A stretch of DNA of 64,000 nt, taken from the NCBI GenBank assembly GCA_964035545.1, contig OZ037767.1:12757801-12821800 (forward strand), given 5' to 3'. Made by a program: the position numbers and the translations under genes. This stretch comes from Bugula neritina. Taxonomy: Eukaryota; Animalia; Bryozoa. The notes beneath the pieces were generated by a model, which did not search any database, was not told the DNA's origin, and saw only the letters and a list, made by a program, of their open reading frames with translations. Below are positions 1-14,525 of the stretch, piece after piece (positions within the stretch are counted from its first letter, which is position 1; the number at the start of each line of letters is the position of its first letter).

Positions 1-2879
1 GTCATTTCCCAGTTAGATGCTATTTATACATTTTACGTGCAATTTATTTGAACACTATTGAAATTCATGTGTATTTAAATAAATTTGAGTCAATTGCTTT
101 TTATAATTGGCACACAAATAAACTTCTTTGCTCTGTATAAACCTATTAATTTTGTATTTTCTATATTTTTTGTTTTTTTAAAAAAATATTATTATTAATG
201 CATTTAATGCTTTTTTTCAACACGAATTTGGGAAAATTTAAATATTATTGCAAATATATCATATTAATGGTTATTTTATGTTTAGCAATCGATATGAAAG
301 TTATATAAGGGTATATAGGTATATAATACTTAGTACCAAAACAAAAAATACAACCTAACTGGGGAGCATATAAGTGGAATGAAACTCCTTCAACCTACTA
401 GCTGTTTATGATTTCGAAATTTGTTTGAACCCAAGACATTTTCAAATAGACTACTATTAAACATCGCCCCACTCCGTTTATCAAAGACGTAAGTTGAATT
501 TATCAACACAAAATTTCAACCGCACATATCTCTTGCATGGGTAGTTTAGGCTTCACTAGTCAATTTCACTCATGGAAAGGAAAGCCAACTAATTTAAAAT
601 GTGTGTAAAAAAGAGATCAGGGAGATGCACCATTAAACTTCAATGTACTCAGTTATCAGCAAATGTGTTTCAAACAAGTAGCTTAAAATTAACAATGAAA
701 CAAGCTACTGAATAGTCAATTGTGGATCAGGTGAACCACTTCAAAAGCCTAAGTAACTTGTGTAAACTACCTGGTGGAACAAAAGAAGATGTTGCATAAC
801 AGAGCTATAGTAAGGAAATATTTGAATTGTAATTCAAAGGCAAGAAACTGGCTTACCAAGCATCGAAAGATCAAAACAAAGGTTATTATATAACAGCACA
901 TAGTTTTCATTCACGGCTATTGACAGAAGAAATATTCTGCCGGCATAGTGAACACCAAAGGCTCAGACTAAGAGGTTGTGCTTTGAGATTCAGTGAATTT
1001 GTGCTTCCAAACAACCTCACAACATGGAAAACATTGAATCATTTCATCACATGGGTAAAGATTGCAGCTACCTCTCAGAAATAGAAGATGATCACTTTCT
1101 TTCAGAGTTAGGAACTGAAGTTCTCATTGCAGCAAAAGGTAAGCTCAATCATTTGCTTAAAGTTGTCATTTTATATCACAATCACAATGACAGTATGACT
1201 ATTGCTGCAGACAGATAATTGAATTTGTGCAACTATAACTTTTAAGAGACCACATTGACTGATATTTCCCAAACTACTCTATTCCTATATCAATTTGATA
1301 CGAGTTTTCCTGTAACAATCTATTTTCAAAAAATTTAGCGTTTTATTTCCACTTCACCTTCTAGCAATTTGTGCTAAATTCATTAATTTGAATTCCCCCC
1401 CCCCATTGTAGAAGTATTGTTAATAATGCAGTTTAGCAGCCTACAAGTAGTTATTAGCCTTAAGCAGCTGCCAAGCTAGCTTCTTGTTTTATAGCCAAGT
1501 ACCAAAATGCCAATATTAATGGTGAGTTGGCAAAGTTGGCAAAATCTTTTATTAACTTCCGTGCTACCAGTTTATTCTTTTATTTATCTTTGCACAGCAC
1601 AATTAAATATAAAACCATGTTTAAGTAGCAATATTTTTCTTGGTAGAACTTTATTTGTTTTTCAATTTATAGACATACTGAAACTTATCAATATCTGTTA
1701 TCTCGATATGAGGGGTCCATATAAAATGCTGACTCTAGCTTAAATTGTGGTTCACTGACATTTTGAGATAATTTTAATGCAGAGAAGCTTCTATTAACTA
1801 AACTAATTATGCCCAACAGCTCTTGCATTTGTAATTAAGAAAGAAGTAAAATAAAATGATAGCCAAAATTGTTACTAAATTTTGATGAGCTCAAACTAAC
1901 CCAAACACTATGCAACGTAATGATCATAAGTTTGCCAAAGCCTGTATGGTTATTCAGAGTCAAACGATTGGTACGATGGTGCTGAAAATATGCTGAAAGA
2001 TTCATAGCTAACATCATTGATACTATTAGTTTTGGCCTTAGACTTCAGCTTCTTTAAAGTTGAACTTAATTTATTTATGCTGCTTGTGATTGTATATCTT
2101 AACCAAATGTTTACTGTTCATACTAATACAGTTTAAATATTACACAACTTTTATCTTTTGTTGTAGATCCCATAACATTTTTTTAAAAAATGCATTCAAA
2201 GATGCTGAATAGGAGCACAAAAAAGAATTTGACCGCCAAAAAACTTTGAATCATGCAGAAACCTTCAGCCTGCAAGCAGGCGCACTCAACACTACATTAC
2301 AAGCGTCACTGGGTGCTCTCGACACTACACCTTACCCACTTTTCATGAACTCAGCTGCCTTTTTTATACTACTCCTTCAAGCTTCCCTGACCACTCAACT
2401 CCTTTCGGAGTACTACCACACTTTACTAACCGCTGGAATTAGTTATAAAACTTCCCTCTCCCCCCTCCCGTACTTGGGTTACTATCACAGACCTCGGACT
2501 TGCACACAGGTGCGCTAACCATTACACACCACGACTGCTTGGTTATCGCTACACTACAGAGCAAGAATGTAATGACACACACTCTGGTCTTAGCAGGTTC
2601 GGCTAATATTGAGAAAAGTAAACTGAATTTACAGTCGTAGAAAAATTCTGCAAATGTTAATTTTCATGTTTTTTTTTCTTATTTTAATCTTTAGAAGTTA
2701 TTTTTTGTTGCATTTCTTATATTCAACTATCATATACAATAAAATCCACATTACTATACTCTCATACTGGTTAGAAGTTATGACAAGTTAGTTCAGAGTG
2801 ATCAGTAATTATTTTTGCAGAAGCTTATTTCCAACAAAAATTAGAGCAGCATGGAACATTTATAAGTTCAGCTTTGAAT

Positions 2880-3105
2880 ATAACTTAGTTCAGCATTGAG
2901 CATATCTAAGATCATCATTGAACAGAAAAAAGATCATCATTAAACATATATAATATCACTATTGAGCATAAATAAGATCACCATTGAATATATATAAGCT
3001 CACCATTGAACATAATATATAATATCAATATTGAACATAAATAAGATCACCATTAAACATATATAATATCACTATTGAGCATAAATAAGATCACCATTGA
3101 ACATA
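2880..3105. repeat. Degenerate ~21-bp minisatellite (CATTGAACATATATAAGATCA-like)
   Basis: About 10 tandem imperfect units visible, e.g. cattgagcatatctaagatcat / cattgaacagaaaaaagatcat / cattaaacatatataatatcac. Confidence 0.8.
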
Positions 3106-3419
3106 ACTTGGCTCATTGTGATAAACACAAAGAATCAACTTCACAACTCTTTATATCACCATTGATCTAACATAATATTCACTGTGAACAGTACCTGACA
3201 CTAATTTCTATTCACTGCTGGTCAATTTAGGGATCCAAAAAACGAGCTGTTTTAGTTGTCAGCTAATGTTCACTCTAACACTAATATTTCTCTCTGTGCA
3301 CCAGTACCATTATTCTACAATCTGGTAGTATAGGTATAGAAGTATTACAGTGTTATTTGGCCTAACAAGTAGGTTACTACAACCTACTTCAATTAACAGG
3401 TAGTGAGTAACTTGTTTAC

Positions 3420-6400
3420 CTGAAATAGTAGGTAAGGTTAAAAGGAGAAGTATCTGATGATGGAATAGACCAGGATGAAGCAGGAATACCTCTTACCTGG
3501 TAAGAAAACATCATTATTTACATTATTATATATTATATAATAATATAGTAATACAATACGTACACATTACATGCAGTTCTCAAATATTTCGAGTTGATGG
3601 CTGATTTTTGTAAAACTTTTTTTATAATCTCAATGAAAGGAAAGTAAAAAGCATAAAGTAATACACAAATTCTTACTACACTATAAAGTATTAATTTCCA
3701 GAAAATGAATATAATAAATTACCCTTTGCTAAGCTGTTAGCAGGGCAAGTAAATAGGAATTAAACTGCCGACACATGTTATGTAGAAAGACTAGAGCCTG
3801 TAGCTTATTACACCTCAACTTTTCTGTGGCTGGGCTAAGGGATCCACCCTTAAATGAGTAGAGGGCCACTTACATCCCCAACTACATTAAAACCTAAAGG
3901 AACTTTAGTTGAACTAAAAGAAAGACAACAGAACGTATTCAAGAGACACTACCTCAGTGATGTCTTGGAAGGCGGGCAGAGCGTTTGGGTTCCACTGAAA
4001 GAAAGTTGGAGTGTCGGCAAACACTAGCGAGTTTTGGGCTGCTTTTGTAAACTGGAAGATTTCAACGAACCCATTTTCGTTAGTTTTTATATCATGGGTG
4101 GTGCACTCTGCCTGTTCCACTGGGCGAAAAATACAATAGTTTTATAGCATTTGCATAGCACACTACTTTCTATATTATAGTAAAATGGCTTTAGCAGTTG
4201 TATAGCAGACTAAACTCTATATAGTAATATGGTTATAGCATTTATATAGTAAACCACAATCTACATAATAATATAGATCGTGCATGTGTATAGCATGCAA
4301 TATACTTTAGTATTAGCTAATAATTTTATATAGTCAGATAAATATAAGGGCCAGCTACAAGGGCTAAGCCTCAAGTAGTGAACTACACGTGACTGTAGCT
4401 ATACAGCCTCAAGTAGAAAATAAAGGAAATAAAGAATAGAAAAGTCGAGACGTATGAATCAAATACAACTGGCACATGACTCTTCATAAGAATAATTATT
4501 CTAGCATTAAGACATGAAAAGGTAAAAAAACCTTCAATGAACAGACACAATGGACCATGAAATCTAACCAGTGATCCTTAGAAACACCATAAATACATAG
4601 TCATGCCAGCTCATATGAAACGTATAAATATTAGTCCTTAGCAATGCTTATAAACGTGTCAGGGAACAAACTTTGTACCCGAAAATGATGAAACTTCTGT
4701 TTTTCACGAGACACATCATGTGTATTGATTAACCTTTACCAATGCATAGACGCACAGAATAAACCCATGCATCGTAAAAGATACTACAAAGAATATGAAA
4801 AACTTGTTTTTTTTCAAGGGGACACGGGTAATGATTTGAAACCCATTTGACATGGTAGAATCAGACACTACTTACAAGGTACCATAGGGCCTCGGACCAC
4901 ATTGAAACCCTGCTTGACATCTAAGTCATAGTAGTATCTAGTTTCACTGGAGTTGGTGAAAGTTATAGCTAGACCTCTGTTGTTAGCTGAATCCCTGTAC
5001 TCTTCATAATAGCCAGTGTACTCAGTCAACTCTCCACTGCTCTAAAATGTCATTAGTTACTCTAGAACAATATTACATTCTATTACATAACAATAGTATG
5101 ATTTTGATAAGCTAATATGTTATTATGATGATGTAATATTATATATATTAATTGCTGCTGTGTTATACTTCATTAATCAAAGAGGAATAAGTAAGATTAA
5201 ATGGAAAATATCCAAAAATAGCCACATTAGGTCACACTAGCAAATGATATAATTAATCAGGAAAAAAACATTGAATCAACTACATCATAGAAGGCATAGA
5301 CATCTACGACAATATTCCATCAATTATATAACATTAAAGTTTAATAATACAATACTATGCAACCATAATAACATAATATCATATAAACATGATGATATTA
5401 TATTTTATAACCATAATAATATAATACTAAATAATCAGAATAATATAATACTATATAACCAGAATAATACAATATTATACAACCATAATAATACACTATT
5501 ATATAACCAGAATTATATAATTTAACACATAACCATAATAATATAATACTATATAGCCATAATAATATAATATTTTATAATCATAAAGATATATATTACC
5601 ATAACAAATAACCAAAACAATATAATTCATATAACCAAAATAATATAATGTAATAACTTTGCTAAAATGTATCTATCAGATAAGATAAATGTGCTAGAAA
5701 CTTTGCCTGAGGGTTTAAACGAAATGAAACAGATCTACATGTAGCATAAGACTGTGATTAAATGCAGTAATTTCGAATAAGAAAGTTTCTGCACTAGACT
5801 GTAGACTAGCTGACCAAGTGCTTTTGATAGGGGGAGTCTAAACTAGCATATTGGATGTCATTTTTGAAAGCATCAAATGTTTTTAGAATCATTTTCAAAT
5901 AAAAATTGAAAGTAGTAGCATGGTCAACTGAACCGATTATAATTTGAAATCAATACTCCACCGGTTGAAAGGGCTTTCTGTTTGAGCATTTGTACAAGAA
6001 CTAATTGTTACTATTGTACAGGCATTATGATGCAACAAACCCATTCATAGACTGAAATAGCAATTATTATAAACTACAAATAATCTGCACTTAAATAATT
6101 ATTTATATATGAAGTAGGAATTCATAATTTTAATCATGGATGGTCAGAATTCTGAACTTGTAAAAATCAGTGGCTTAAAGCAGTGCAAACACCACTACAG
6201 TACATAACTTTTACTACAACACAAAGTCCTTGTTACAGCACATAGTAAATATTACAGTATACTATCACCACTACATTATACTGTTACTACTACAGTATAC
6301 TATCACTACTACAATATACTGTTCCTACTACAGTATACAACTACTACATTATACTGTTCCTACTACAGTATACTATCACTACTACAATATACTGTTACTA

Positions 6401-7238
6401 CTACAGTATACTATCACTACTACAATATACTGTTACTACTACAGTATACTATCACTACTACAATATACTGTTCCTACTACAGTATACAACTACTACATTA
6501 TACTGTTCCTACTACAGTATACTATCACTACTACAATATACTGTTACTACTACAGCACACAGTTATTACTACAGTACACAGTTACTACTACAGTACACAG
6601 TTATTACTACAGTACACAGTTACTACTACAGCACACAGTTATTACTACAGTACACAGTTACTACTACAGTATACAACTACTACAGTACACAGTTATTACT
6701 ACAGCACACAGTTATTACTACAGTACACAGTTACTACTACAGTACACAGTTATTACTACAGTACACAGTTACTGTTACAGTGCATAGGAATGACTGAAGT
6801 ACACAACTAGTTAGCAGTATATAGTTTTTAGGTTATTTAATGAAAGAAACTGAGTAACTGAAAAGGACTGTAATTATTGATAAACGACATATCTGGTAGA
6901 ACCAGACATTCACTTTTGATCTTCAGTTACTTCGAGTTTTCACCTTACAAGCATTAAACATACACAAAAATCAAATCTATAGAAAAGTAGGTTTTGACTA
7001 ACTCAATGTTCCAATTTCAAAAGTTATTTTTATACCACAAAATGAATGATAGAAAACAGCACGCCTGCATCTTTTCAAGTATAAAAGAACTTACTACGTT
7101 AGTTCTGTATATAGTAGCCTCTATGTTGATTCTGAGCGGATCACTAGGAAAACTTGGTAGGTCCGGTGTGGGTAATTGTGCGAGACATAATAGTGGAACT
7201 GTGCACAAGAAAACGGCACACAAGAGCAAACAACGCAT
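3420..7238 (-). CDS. Secreted protein, probable ependymin-related/LolA-fold family; first four coding exons only, 3' part unresolved
   Basis: Phase-compatible GT/AG exons 7095-7238, 4876-5041, 3953-4119, 3420-3496 give MRCLLLCAVFLCTVPLLCLA (signal peptide)...LRINIEATI...YYEEYRDSANNRGLAITF...YYYDLDVKQGF...C...FFQW...VRGIPASSW...LTYYF. The family call is from recalled motif resemblance (EEY.D..NNRG, VRGIP..W), not a database search. Confidence 0.7.
5330..5650. repeat. Degenerate ~24-bp AT-rich minisatellite (ATATAACCATAATAATATAATACT-like)
   Basis: Periodic aaccataataatataat units; explains the spurious NHNNIIL-repeat ORF 5271-5525. Confidence 0.75.
6190..6785. repeat. ~21-bp minisatellite (ACTACTACAGTACACAGTT / ACTACAGTATACTATCACT variants)
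   Basis: Obvious tandem units inside intron 1 of the secreted-protein gene; explains the Y/T/L-rich ORF 6230-6787. Confidence 0.9.
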
Positions 7239-9857
7239 CTCCTAAACACAAGTGGCCTGCAAAAATGAAAACTGTTATTTTATTTGAACAGCCATCTAAT
7301 CTATGTACCTGTGTACAACATAGTAGTCTTACAATAGAATGATTGGAATGTTGTAGGCTAACTATTTCCAGGTTGTACAAATAATTGTAATATCCAGTGT
7401 AGTATTTCTAGTACAATATTGTTTACCGATTTTTCATAAGATTAGCTTCTAAAAAAAGTTTTAAGCAAAACATTTCATTTCAAACTTGGCAAGACTTATA
7501 TTTGACTCAGAATGTTTCTGTTCTTTACATGAAGCCATTAAATAATAACAAATTTATGTTGAGCTAAGACTGAAAAAAAGTTGCTTCTAACACAAACACT
7601 TCTAACAAACTTCACGACAGCAGCCACTTCATAGTCAATATGTTGTTATACTATTTATACCAATGAATAGAAAATATACTATTGCTAATTATTACTATTA
7701 GCATAAATTCTAAATCTGAGTTGACCAAAGTCTGATTTGAATTCAAAATTCAATTTGCAGTTTAAGACCAAAGATCTTAATGCAGTAGAACAATGCTTTC
7801 ACTGAGTAACTGTATCTGAAGATTAGCAATACAATACTGAATACATCAGGCATCAGTATTGGATTGGTGCAGTTAAATCTCGGCAATCATAGTCATAATC
7901 ATAGGCTAATGCTGATGGTATTCATCCAAAAAAGCAAAAGAGAATAAAAAGTTAATTAATAACAATAAGTACTACAAGGACAAATAAAAGCAAAATGAAA
8001 ATAATATAATTTTAGTACTAGTAGTAGTAGTAGTAGTACTAGTATTAAGTTAATGTTATAGTTAGTAACTCAAACTGTAAGTTACTATAACATTAACTGT
8101 TAGACGTAGTTATTGTTAATAAATAATAAGTATAACATTAACTAACTGATATTTAGTAACGATATGAATATCACTACAATTTAAAAAGCGAAATCAATTC
8201 TCATTCAAGTAAATACGTATAACTCAATAAATCAACTACATACTAATAAAGCTGCTGAGGCCTGATATGAAGACTGGAAGTTGTACATTAATTTTAAATA
8301 GCGGCTTCTTGTCAAACCATAGCCCAAAAATTAGAAAAGCATAAAAATGAAACCACGCCTATACAAACTCATCTTACGGGTTAGATTTTTTCTTTGACCC
8401 ATTCGATTACTCTAGCAACGTTGTAGCGAGTGCAACAAATCTATTGAAAAAAGAAGAACATGGTGGTAGACTGTAGAGTCTCCAAAAACGCATATTCGAA
8501 GTCAATAATTATTATTCATAGGTATGTGTTCATACAAAACTAGAAGTTTGTAATTTTTTAACCAACGATGTTATAAAAAGTGAAAATATTTAGTTAACTA
8601 TTCTCAGGAAACAAATATATCATTTCATGTTTGAGTCACTGAGAGTGAGTGTCACACTCTGACTCTGACTCACAGTCAGACTCAGTGTCACTGCCATAAT
8701 CATAATGATAATGTCTCATAATCATAATCATAATGATAATCATTATCATTATGATTTGGAGACTCAGTGATAATCATAATGATAATGCCCCGTGATAATT
8801 ATAACGAAAATATTAATCACTCATCACTGCCATACGACTACGAGTCGGACTCGGAGTAACACTTACTCTTACTGTAAGTCTAAGACAGTTAATAAAAGTA
8901 AGATAAACCTAAACTTGAAGACTAATAGTAATACTTCATTCTGAAACATTAGCTCAGTATTAAGAAGGTAACTCTAAATTACAAAACAAAAACCCTGCTA
9001 CGACAATATTTTCAAATAAAGAGCTTATTAAATGCTAATGCAATGTTAAGTTTCAGTAATAGTTATAGTATTAGTAAAACTAAATGTAATACTACTAATA
9101 CTAATAGTAATACTAATCGTAATAGGGCCTAATAACACTAATACTATCATTATAAGTATTATTATAACTATAAGTATAAGTATTACATTTACTATTGGTA
9201 TAAGTATTACTAAAAGTATAATTATCACTACAGGTACATAATTATAATAGTCTATTACTATTAGTATTAGTATTACTTAGCTATTACTATTATGATCATG
9301 ATTAGACTTACAGTTACACTTACAGTTACTCTTAGTATTACTATTAGCATTACTAAATTACTATTAGTCTATTAGTATCACTATAAGTATAACTAATAGT
9401 ATAACTATAACCATAAGTGTTAGTATTACTATTGGTATGATTGTCATTTCTGCTATCGGAACAGGACAAAGCCGAGAAAGGTGAGAAATTAATATAATTA
9501 TTATTATGATTAACTATAAGTTATAGTTAATAATAGCCATAATATTAGTAATACTAATAGTGTTAGTCGATTACTGATAAATTTTAATAGTACCAACTAG
9601 TACTACCAAGTTAAACTATCACTGAGCTTTTATTTAACAAACACTTATAAAGGAGTGTTAGTATTTCTCCTTGGGTGCTGCAATGACTGCATCTATACTC
9701 TCTCTCAGTTAGCACCAAGCTGTAATGATACTCTTGTTAATAATGGTTATACAGAACTTGCTATTATGGTGTGTAAAGCTGTATGTTGGTGCTGGTTTAA
9801 GAGTGAATAATATACTGCAGGAGCATTTTTCCTTGACAAGTTGTTGCAGATTGTATT

Positions 9858-10130
9858 AAAATGGCACAGATAATAATGGCACAGCTAATAATGGCACCGG
9901 TAATAATTGCACAAATAGAAAAGTAGGTAGGCTAAAAATGGCACAGATGTTAAATTTTCTCAAATCCAAAACCTCCATCCCAAACCCCCAACCCCTAAAC
10001 CCCCATCCCAAACCCCAGTTATGAAATGTGCCATTTTTACCTACTATTCCATTTGTGCCATTACCTGCGCCATTATTACTACGCCATTTTTACCTTCGCC
10101 ATTTTTGCCTGTGCCATTTTTACCAGACAC
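9858..10130. mobile_element. Small foldback/MITE-like element with arms built of ~15-bp AATGGCACAG tandem units
   Basis: Left arm aaaatggcacag..aataatggcacag.. mirrors right arm tgtgccattttt..cgccattttt; centre has aacccc-type repeats; decayed relative near 15615-15730. Confidence 0.65.
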
Positions 10131-10249
10131 CATGCTTACAAGCTAGTAATTTTTTGTTTATCATGGCATTTATGTTTTATGTCAACAGTTATTGTTGAAT
10201 TTCCTAGATGAAAGCTTGTAGAGCTAGCCCAAAAAGGTAAAACTAGAAG

Positions 10250-12828
10250 ATGTCTACTCGTTCCTTTATCAGAGCTGGAATGCCATTTTTGGTAAAGATT
10301 TGATACAGACTATTTTTTTAATATTGTGTTTGATAATTTAGGATTTATACTAGCTCTCGTATCAATACAGGATACTACTCATTTATTTGAAAGTAGTCAA
10401 GACTTCTGATACTTTTAATCTGAAAGCTGAAGATATACTTAGTCTACTCTCAATTAGGATTGAAAGTGTGTTATAAATATAAATAATATGTTATAGGTGG
10501 GCAGAGGCCGTCATTTTGATATACATATACATATGCAATAATATAATTCTCTCTACCTATGTAGTTGCCTAAATTTTCTTCAAGTGTACAAAATATTGTG
10601 TTGTTTGAAATTAGAATTTTTTATTTTCAAGGCTAAAATGTGTTATGGTGGAGCATAGTATTATTACCAAATTCTTGTCTAATGATAGATTTGTGTTTAG
10701 TCTATGGCTTTGAATTCATGTCACTCTCAGCTGTGACAACTTAATTATAGGTTACATAATTATTTTATGCTTTTCAATGTTATAATTGCAGTCAGTAAAT
10801 TGCAATCGAGCCTAAAAGCATCCTGATGTTGCTGTAATCTTATTTTCAAAATAATTGTATTTAAATAACATTTTATTTAAATATTCATATAAAAATGATT
10901 GAAATAGACTCACTAGCTGCAAATGGCTGTTGAACAACATAACTCATACTGATGTTGTCATGTATTGTGTGTTAGTATGCAAGCTACTGATTGTTGTTTC
11001 TTTTCTCGTAGGTGTTGGTAGTGGGTGCACCATTTGCTCTGCAAATGTTTGGTAATTTGCGATACAAGTACAGAAAGACTACGATGGTGAGTTGAACACC
11101 TGCCTTGACTTTACCTCCAGTATTTATCAGTTACTATCAGTGAACGTGTGTAACTCAAGACTCCAAATGGAGAAGTAGTGCTATACATGGGAGGATAATC
11201 ATATGCACTCTTACGCGGTTCTTCAAATACATATTTAGATGACAACCAAGCTGTGAACTGGCATGGCTCACCAGCTTTGTATCTATGCACTCACAGGGCA
11301 TCTTTTCAATAACAGTCTTTTGTAACTATTTTTAATTTGATTTATAGAATTATTAGTTGAAAATTCTTTTTATGTAGTACTTCTCTATAAATTTTTGAAA
11401 ACTTTTAAAATTTGCTGAATCTTCATTCAACTTGAAAGTTAAAACTACAGTCGTGGCTGCAATTATGGAACTCAATTAAAGATCTTGCTTTTTTAAACAT
11501 TACTCTTTAAAATGCACATGCGAGTGTTTAAAAGTCTGTTGGGGAAAGCACCGTGTAAAGTTGGAGAATATAAAAGAACTTTTTTCTTTATTTTTTTCAC
11601 GAACAAAAATGATAAATAGAAAAATTTTGAATAAATTCTTTCACTGATTGTGCAACAAAACCAATATAACTTATCAATTAATATTATTTTTTTGTACAAA
11701 ACAAACCTTTAGCATTACATTTTTTCATTAATATTTGACATTGTGTTTTTAAATGAAAAAAAGCAGACAAATCCTAATAGTCTTTGCATGAAAATTGTTT
11801 CAGTAAATATTGTTGTACTTTTCAGTTAGGCAAGGAAGAACATCTCAGAGTACAAGAGATAGAAGAGGCCAGGAAAGCTGGTGTTGCTGTAGACAAATTT
11901 GCAAACCAAGTTTTAGAAGTGAGTTTTTGAGCTATTATGTCCTTTCCTTGAATTTTCAGCTCACAAAACCTAGTCATGACTATCAAAGTCAACGCTGCTT
12001 GCGATGAGTCAGAATCTCTTTTGTTGACTGCTGCCGAGTCAAATGATTGAAACGAACTTACTACAATAATACCAATCATTATGCTATATGCTAATCGGAT
12101 ATCAGAAACTTGCTGTCATGTACCTGGTTAGAATTGTTTGATTACTTGTAGGACGCAGCTAATTTTAAAGTTGTGTGTTCTTTGCCAAATATTGTAAATG
12201 AACTTAACGCGCACCTTATAAAGCATAATATTTTAGCATGAATAATTTAATAGCAAATGCAAGACGCTGAAGACCTATAAATGTTAGTTGAAATTTAGTC
12301 AGCAGAATATAGATGGTGCAATGAGTTGCAGTGTATGTTGTAAAAGATCAGAATAATTGTCTTTATTACATTCATCGAAAGCATACAACTCCAAAGTACA
12401 TTTCATATTCTGAATTCATTACTTATTTGACCTTGTGGGCAACTGATTTAGCTTTAAAAGTGATTTTTCTTCTCTCAAACAAGTAAAACTATGCATACGA
12501 ATGTTAATTGATTCTAGAATCTAGACAATAGAAAATGGGTTTTAATCCTTGTTGATGTTGGTTTTGATATAACATTATGAATAAACTTGAAATTAACACT
12601 TGATCGCAATCAATGAGCTGTATTGAAAAATTCACACAAGTGTGATGTTTAGCCAGAGTGTATTAAATAAGATGTAATATATGGTTTGGTGTGTTATTCA
12701 GTTGATAATATTTCTGTATTATTCAGCAAGCTCAGTTGGATGCTAAGAAGGACTGGGAGAATATTCGTGGCCCTCAGCCGGGCGAGAATTTCAGAGCAAA
12801 GCTAGGCAAAGAGAGAACTAAAACATGA
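10250..12828 (+). CDS. COX16: Cytochrome c oxidase assembly protein COX16 (103 aa)
   Basis: Phase-0 exons 10250-10291, 11012-11086, 11826-11918, 12727-12828: MSTRSFIRAGMPFLVLVVGAPFALQMFGNLRYKY...DWENIRGPQPGE. N-terminal G.PFL.L.VG..F.L..F..LRY transmembrane motif and C-terminal DWENIRGP.P.E motif are COX16 hallmarks. Confidence 0.92.
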
Positions 12829-13321
12829 AAGAATTGAGAGCTTTTCAAGAATAGTAGACTGAATGTGTTGACACCTTACGTACGAGTTGACACTTTATGT
12901 ATGACTAGTCATCTCATGGTATATCTTATCCTGCATGTACTAAATTCTAAATATATATCTTTATTCAACAACCGGATTAGTTTAAATATTATGTCATTTT
13001 TCAGGAATTTTCAGTGAAAATGACTTGCGCTTTTGAGAATCAGTGATATATTATTTAATTCTATGATTTAATGTTCAGTTGGCGTTTTGAAAGAGTTTAT
13101 TCAAAATAATAGCAAAATTTCCAGAGTTTATATTTTAGAGTTTTTTTTAAAGTAAAACTGCAGTTGAGATTGGAAGCGAATACTTACCACTAAGGGCTAA
13201 ATTAAAATAGTATGACATGCCTCAGGGTTTGATAAAATAAAGATGAATGAATTAGCTCTTATTGTATTATATTCAAATGTCAAACTTAGAAAACAAATAA
13301 TGTTACATAATTTGAGACTTA

Positions 13322-13664
13322 GCCTAGGGCCACACTGTGCGTATTTTCGCATGCGAAAATTGAGATCACAAGTAGCAAAGGTGTCCACTGTGCGCGTTGA
13401 GAAAACATTCGCACTTGTCGCTCTGCATTTTCAACGCAAGTGCGAATCGTCTCTGTCGTCGTCACCTAATTGGCTGGTAGTTATTAAGCGAGCCCAATTT
13501 CTTTATTTAGTGCTATATTTCAGTAAATTGCGTTTTATTGAAAGCGAGTGCGCTTTAAAAATGAAAGCTTTATTCATCACGCATCACTGACGCTACAGTG
13601 GACACCTTTGCTACTTGTGATTTCAATTTTCGCATGCGAAAATACGCACCGTGTGGCCCTAGGC
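13322..13664. mobile_element. PIF/Harbinger-type (Tourist-like) MITE
   Basis: ~70-bp TIRs GCCTAGGGCCACAC...GTGTGGCCCTAGGC; TTA target-site duplication (13319-21, 13665-67); second copy at 47576-47919. Confidence 0.9.
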
Positions 13665-14525
13665 TTATAGCATAATATAATGTGTATACACAATAGAAAA
13701 TGATTTAAACTTGAAAACAAAATAAAAGACCAATACTGTGTAATATTTTTATGATTATTTTAAATGACCTAAAATAATTATCTACTCGCTTAGCTTTTCG
13801 TTTATGATATTAAATGTGAAGCATCAATAGATTACTTTATTCTTGTGTAAGTTGCTGCCGGAACACGTACTCTGGAGTTGCTTGATTTGAGAATCTGCGT
13901 CTCACTTTTCAGCTTCAATCTTCTCTTCTATATCTTCTCTCCTACTTTTTCTCGGTCAATGGATATGTGTGTGTGTGTGTGTGTGTGTGCGTGCGTGCGT
14001 GCGCGCGCGCGCGTGCTCGTGCCAATAGAGACAGTGTTAATAAAATCACTTTCATTATGGAATATAATTTAACACCCACCCCATACCTGAAGGTGATTAA
14101 TAAGAGCTGTTTGTATATAAAGTCTGTTTTAGTTTAGTACATCGAGCAAATATTAAAACTATTTCAACCATAACTTCTGGTATTGTCCAGATTTGCAAAA
14201 CAATAACAGCCGATCTCCGCTGGTAATTTTTATTATTAAGCAATAATGGCTGCTCACTGCCTATTTTTACGTTAATATCGCTTTCAGTTTTGTGCCTCCT
14301 GTTGTATATAGCAGTAATCATAGACAATTATCTTGTCTACAATAAGTGGTTCTGTTATGGTGGGTTTTCACAGTTTAGACTTTACAGTTTATTCAAACAT
14401 CACCAAGTAAGATATTTGTTGTAGCCTTCGGCTTAGCTCGGGGTCGGTATATTGGCATGGGTTGCCTGGCTTGACTTGCAAGGTACTTCCAGCTCCTGTC
14501 AGTCTGTAGGGAGTAAAGTTACCAG

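Noticed and set aside
340-1330. Possible decayed non-LTR RT relic (LRLRGCALRF resembling GLRQGC.LSP) and ORF 1024-1218
   Set aside because: Only one weak motif and many stops; cannot be supported without a search
6230-6787. 185-aa ORF and CRISPR-like periodicity
   Set aside because: Tandem minisatellite without unique spacers, inside a eukaryotic intron; the ORF is a repeat artefact
11960-12007. Extra COX16 exon LTKPSHDYQSQRCLR*
   Set aside because: Would need a ~41-nt intron and would remove the conserved DWENIRGP motif
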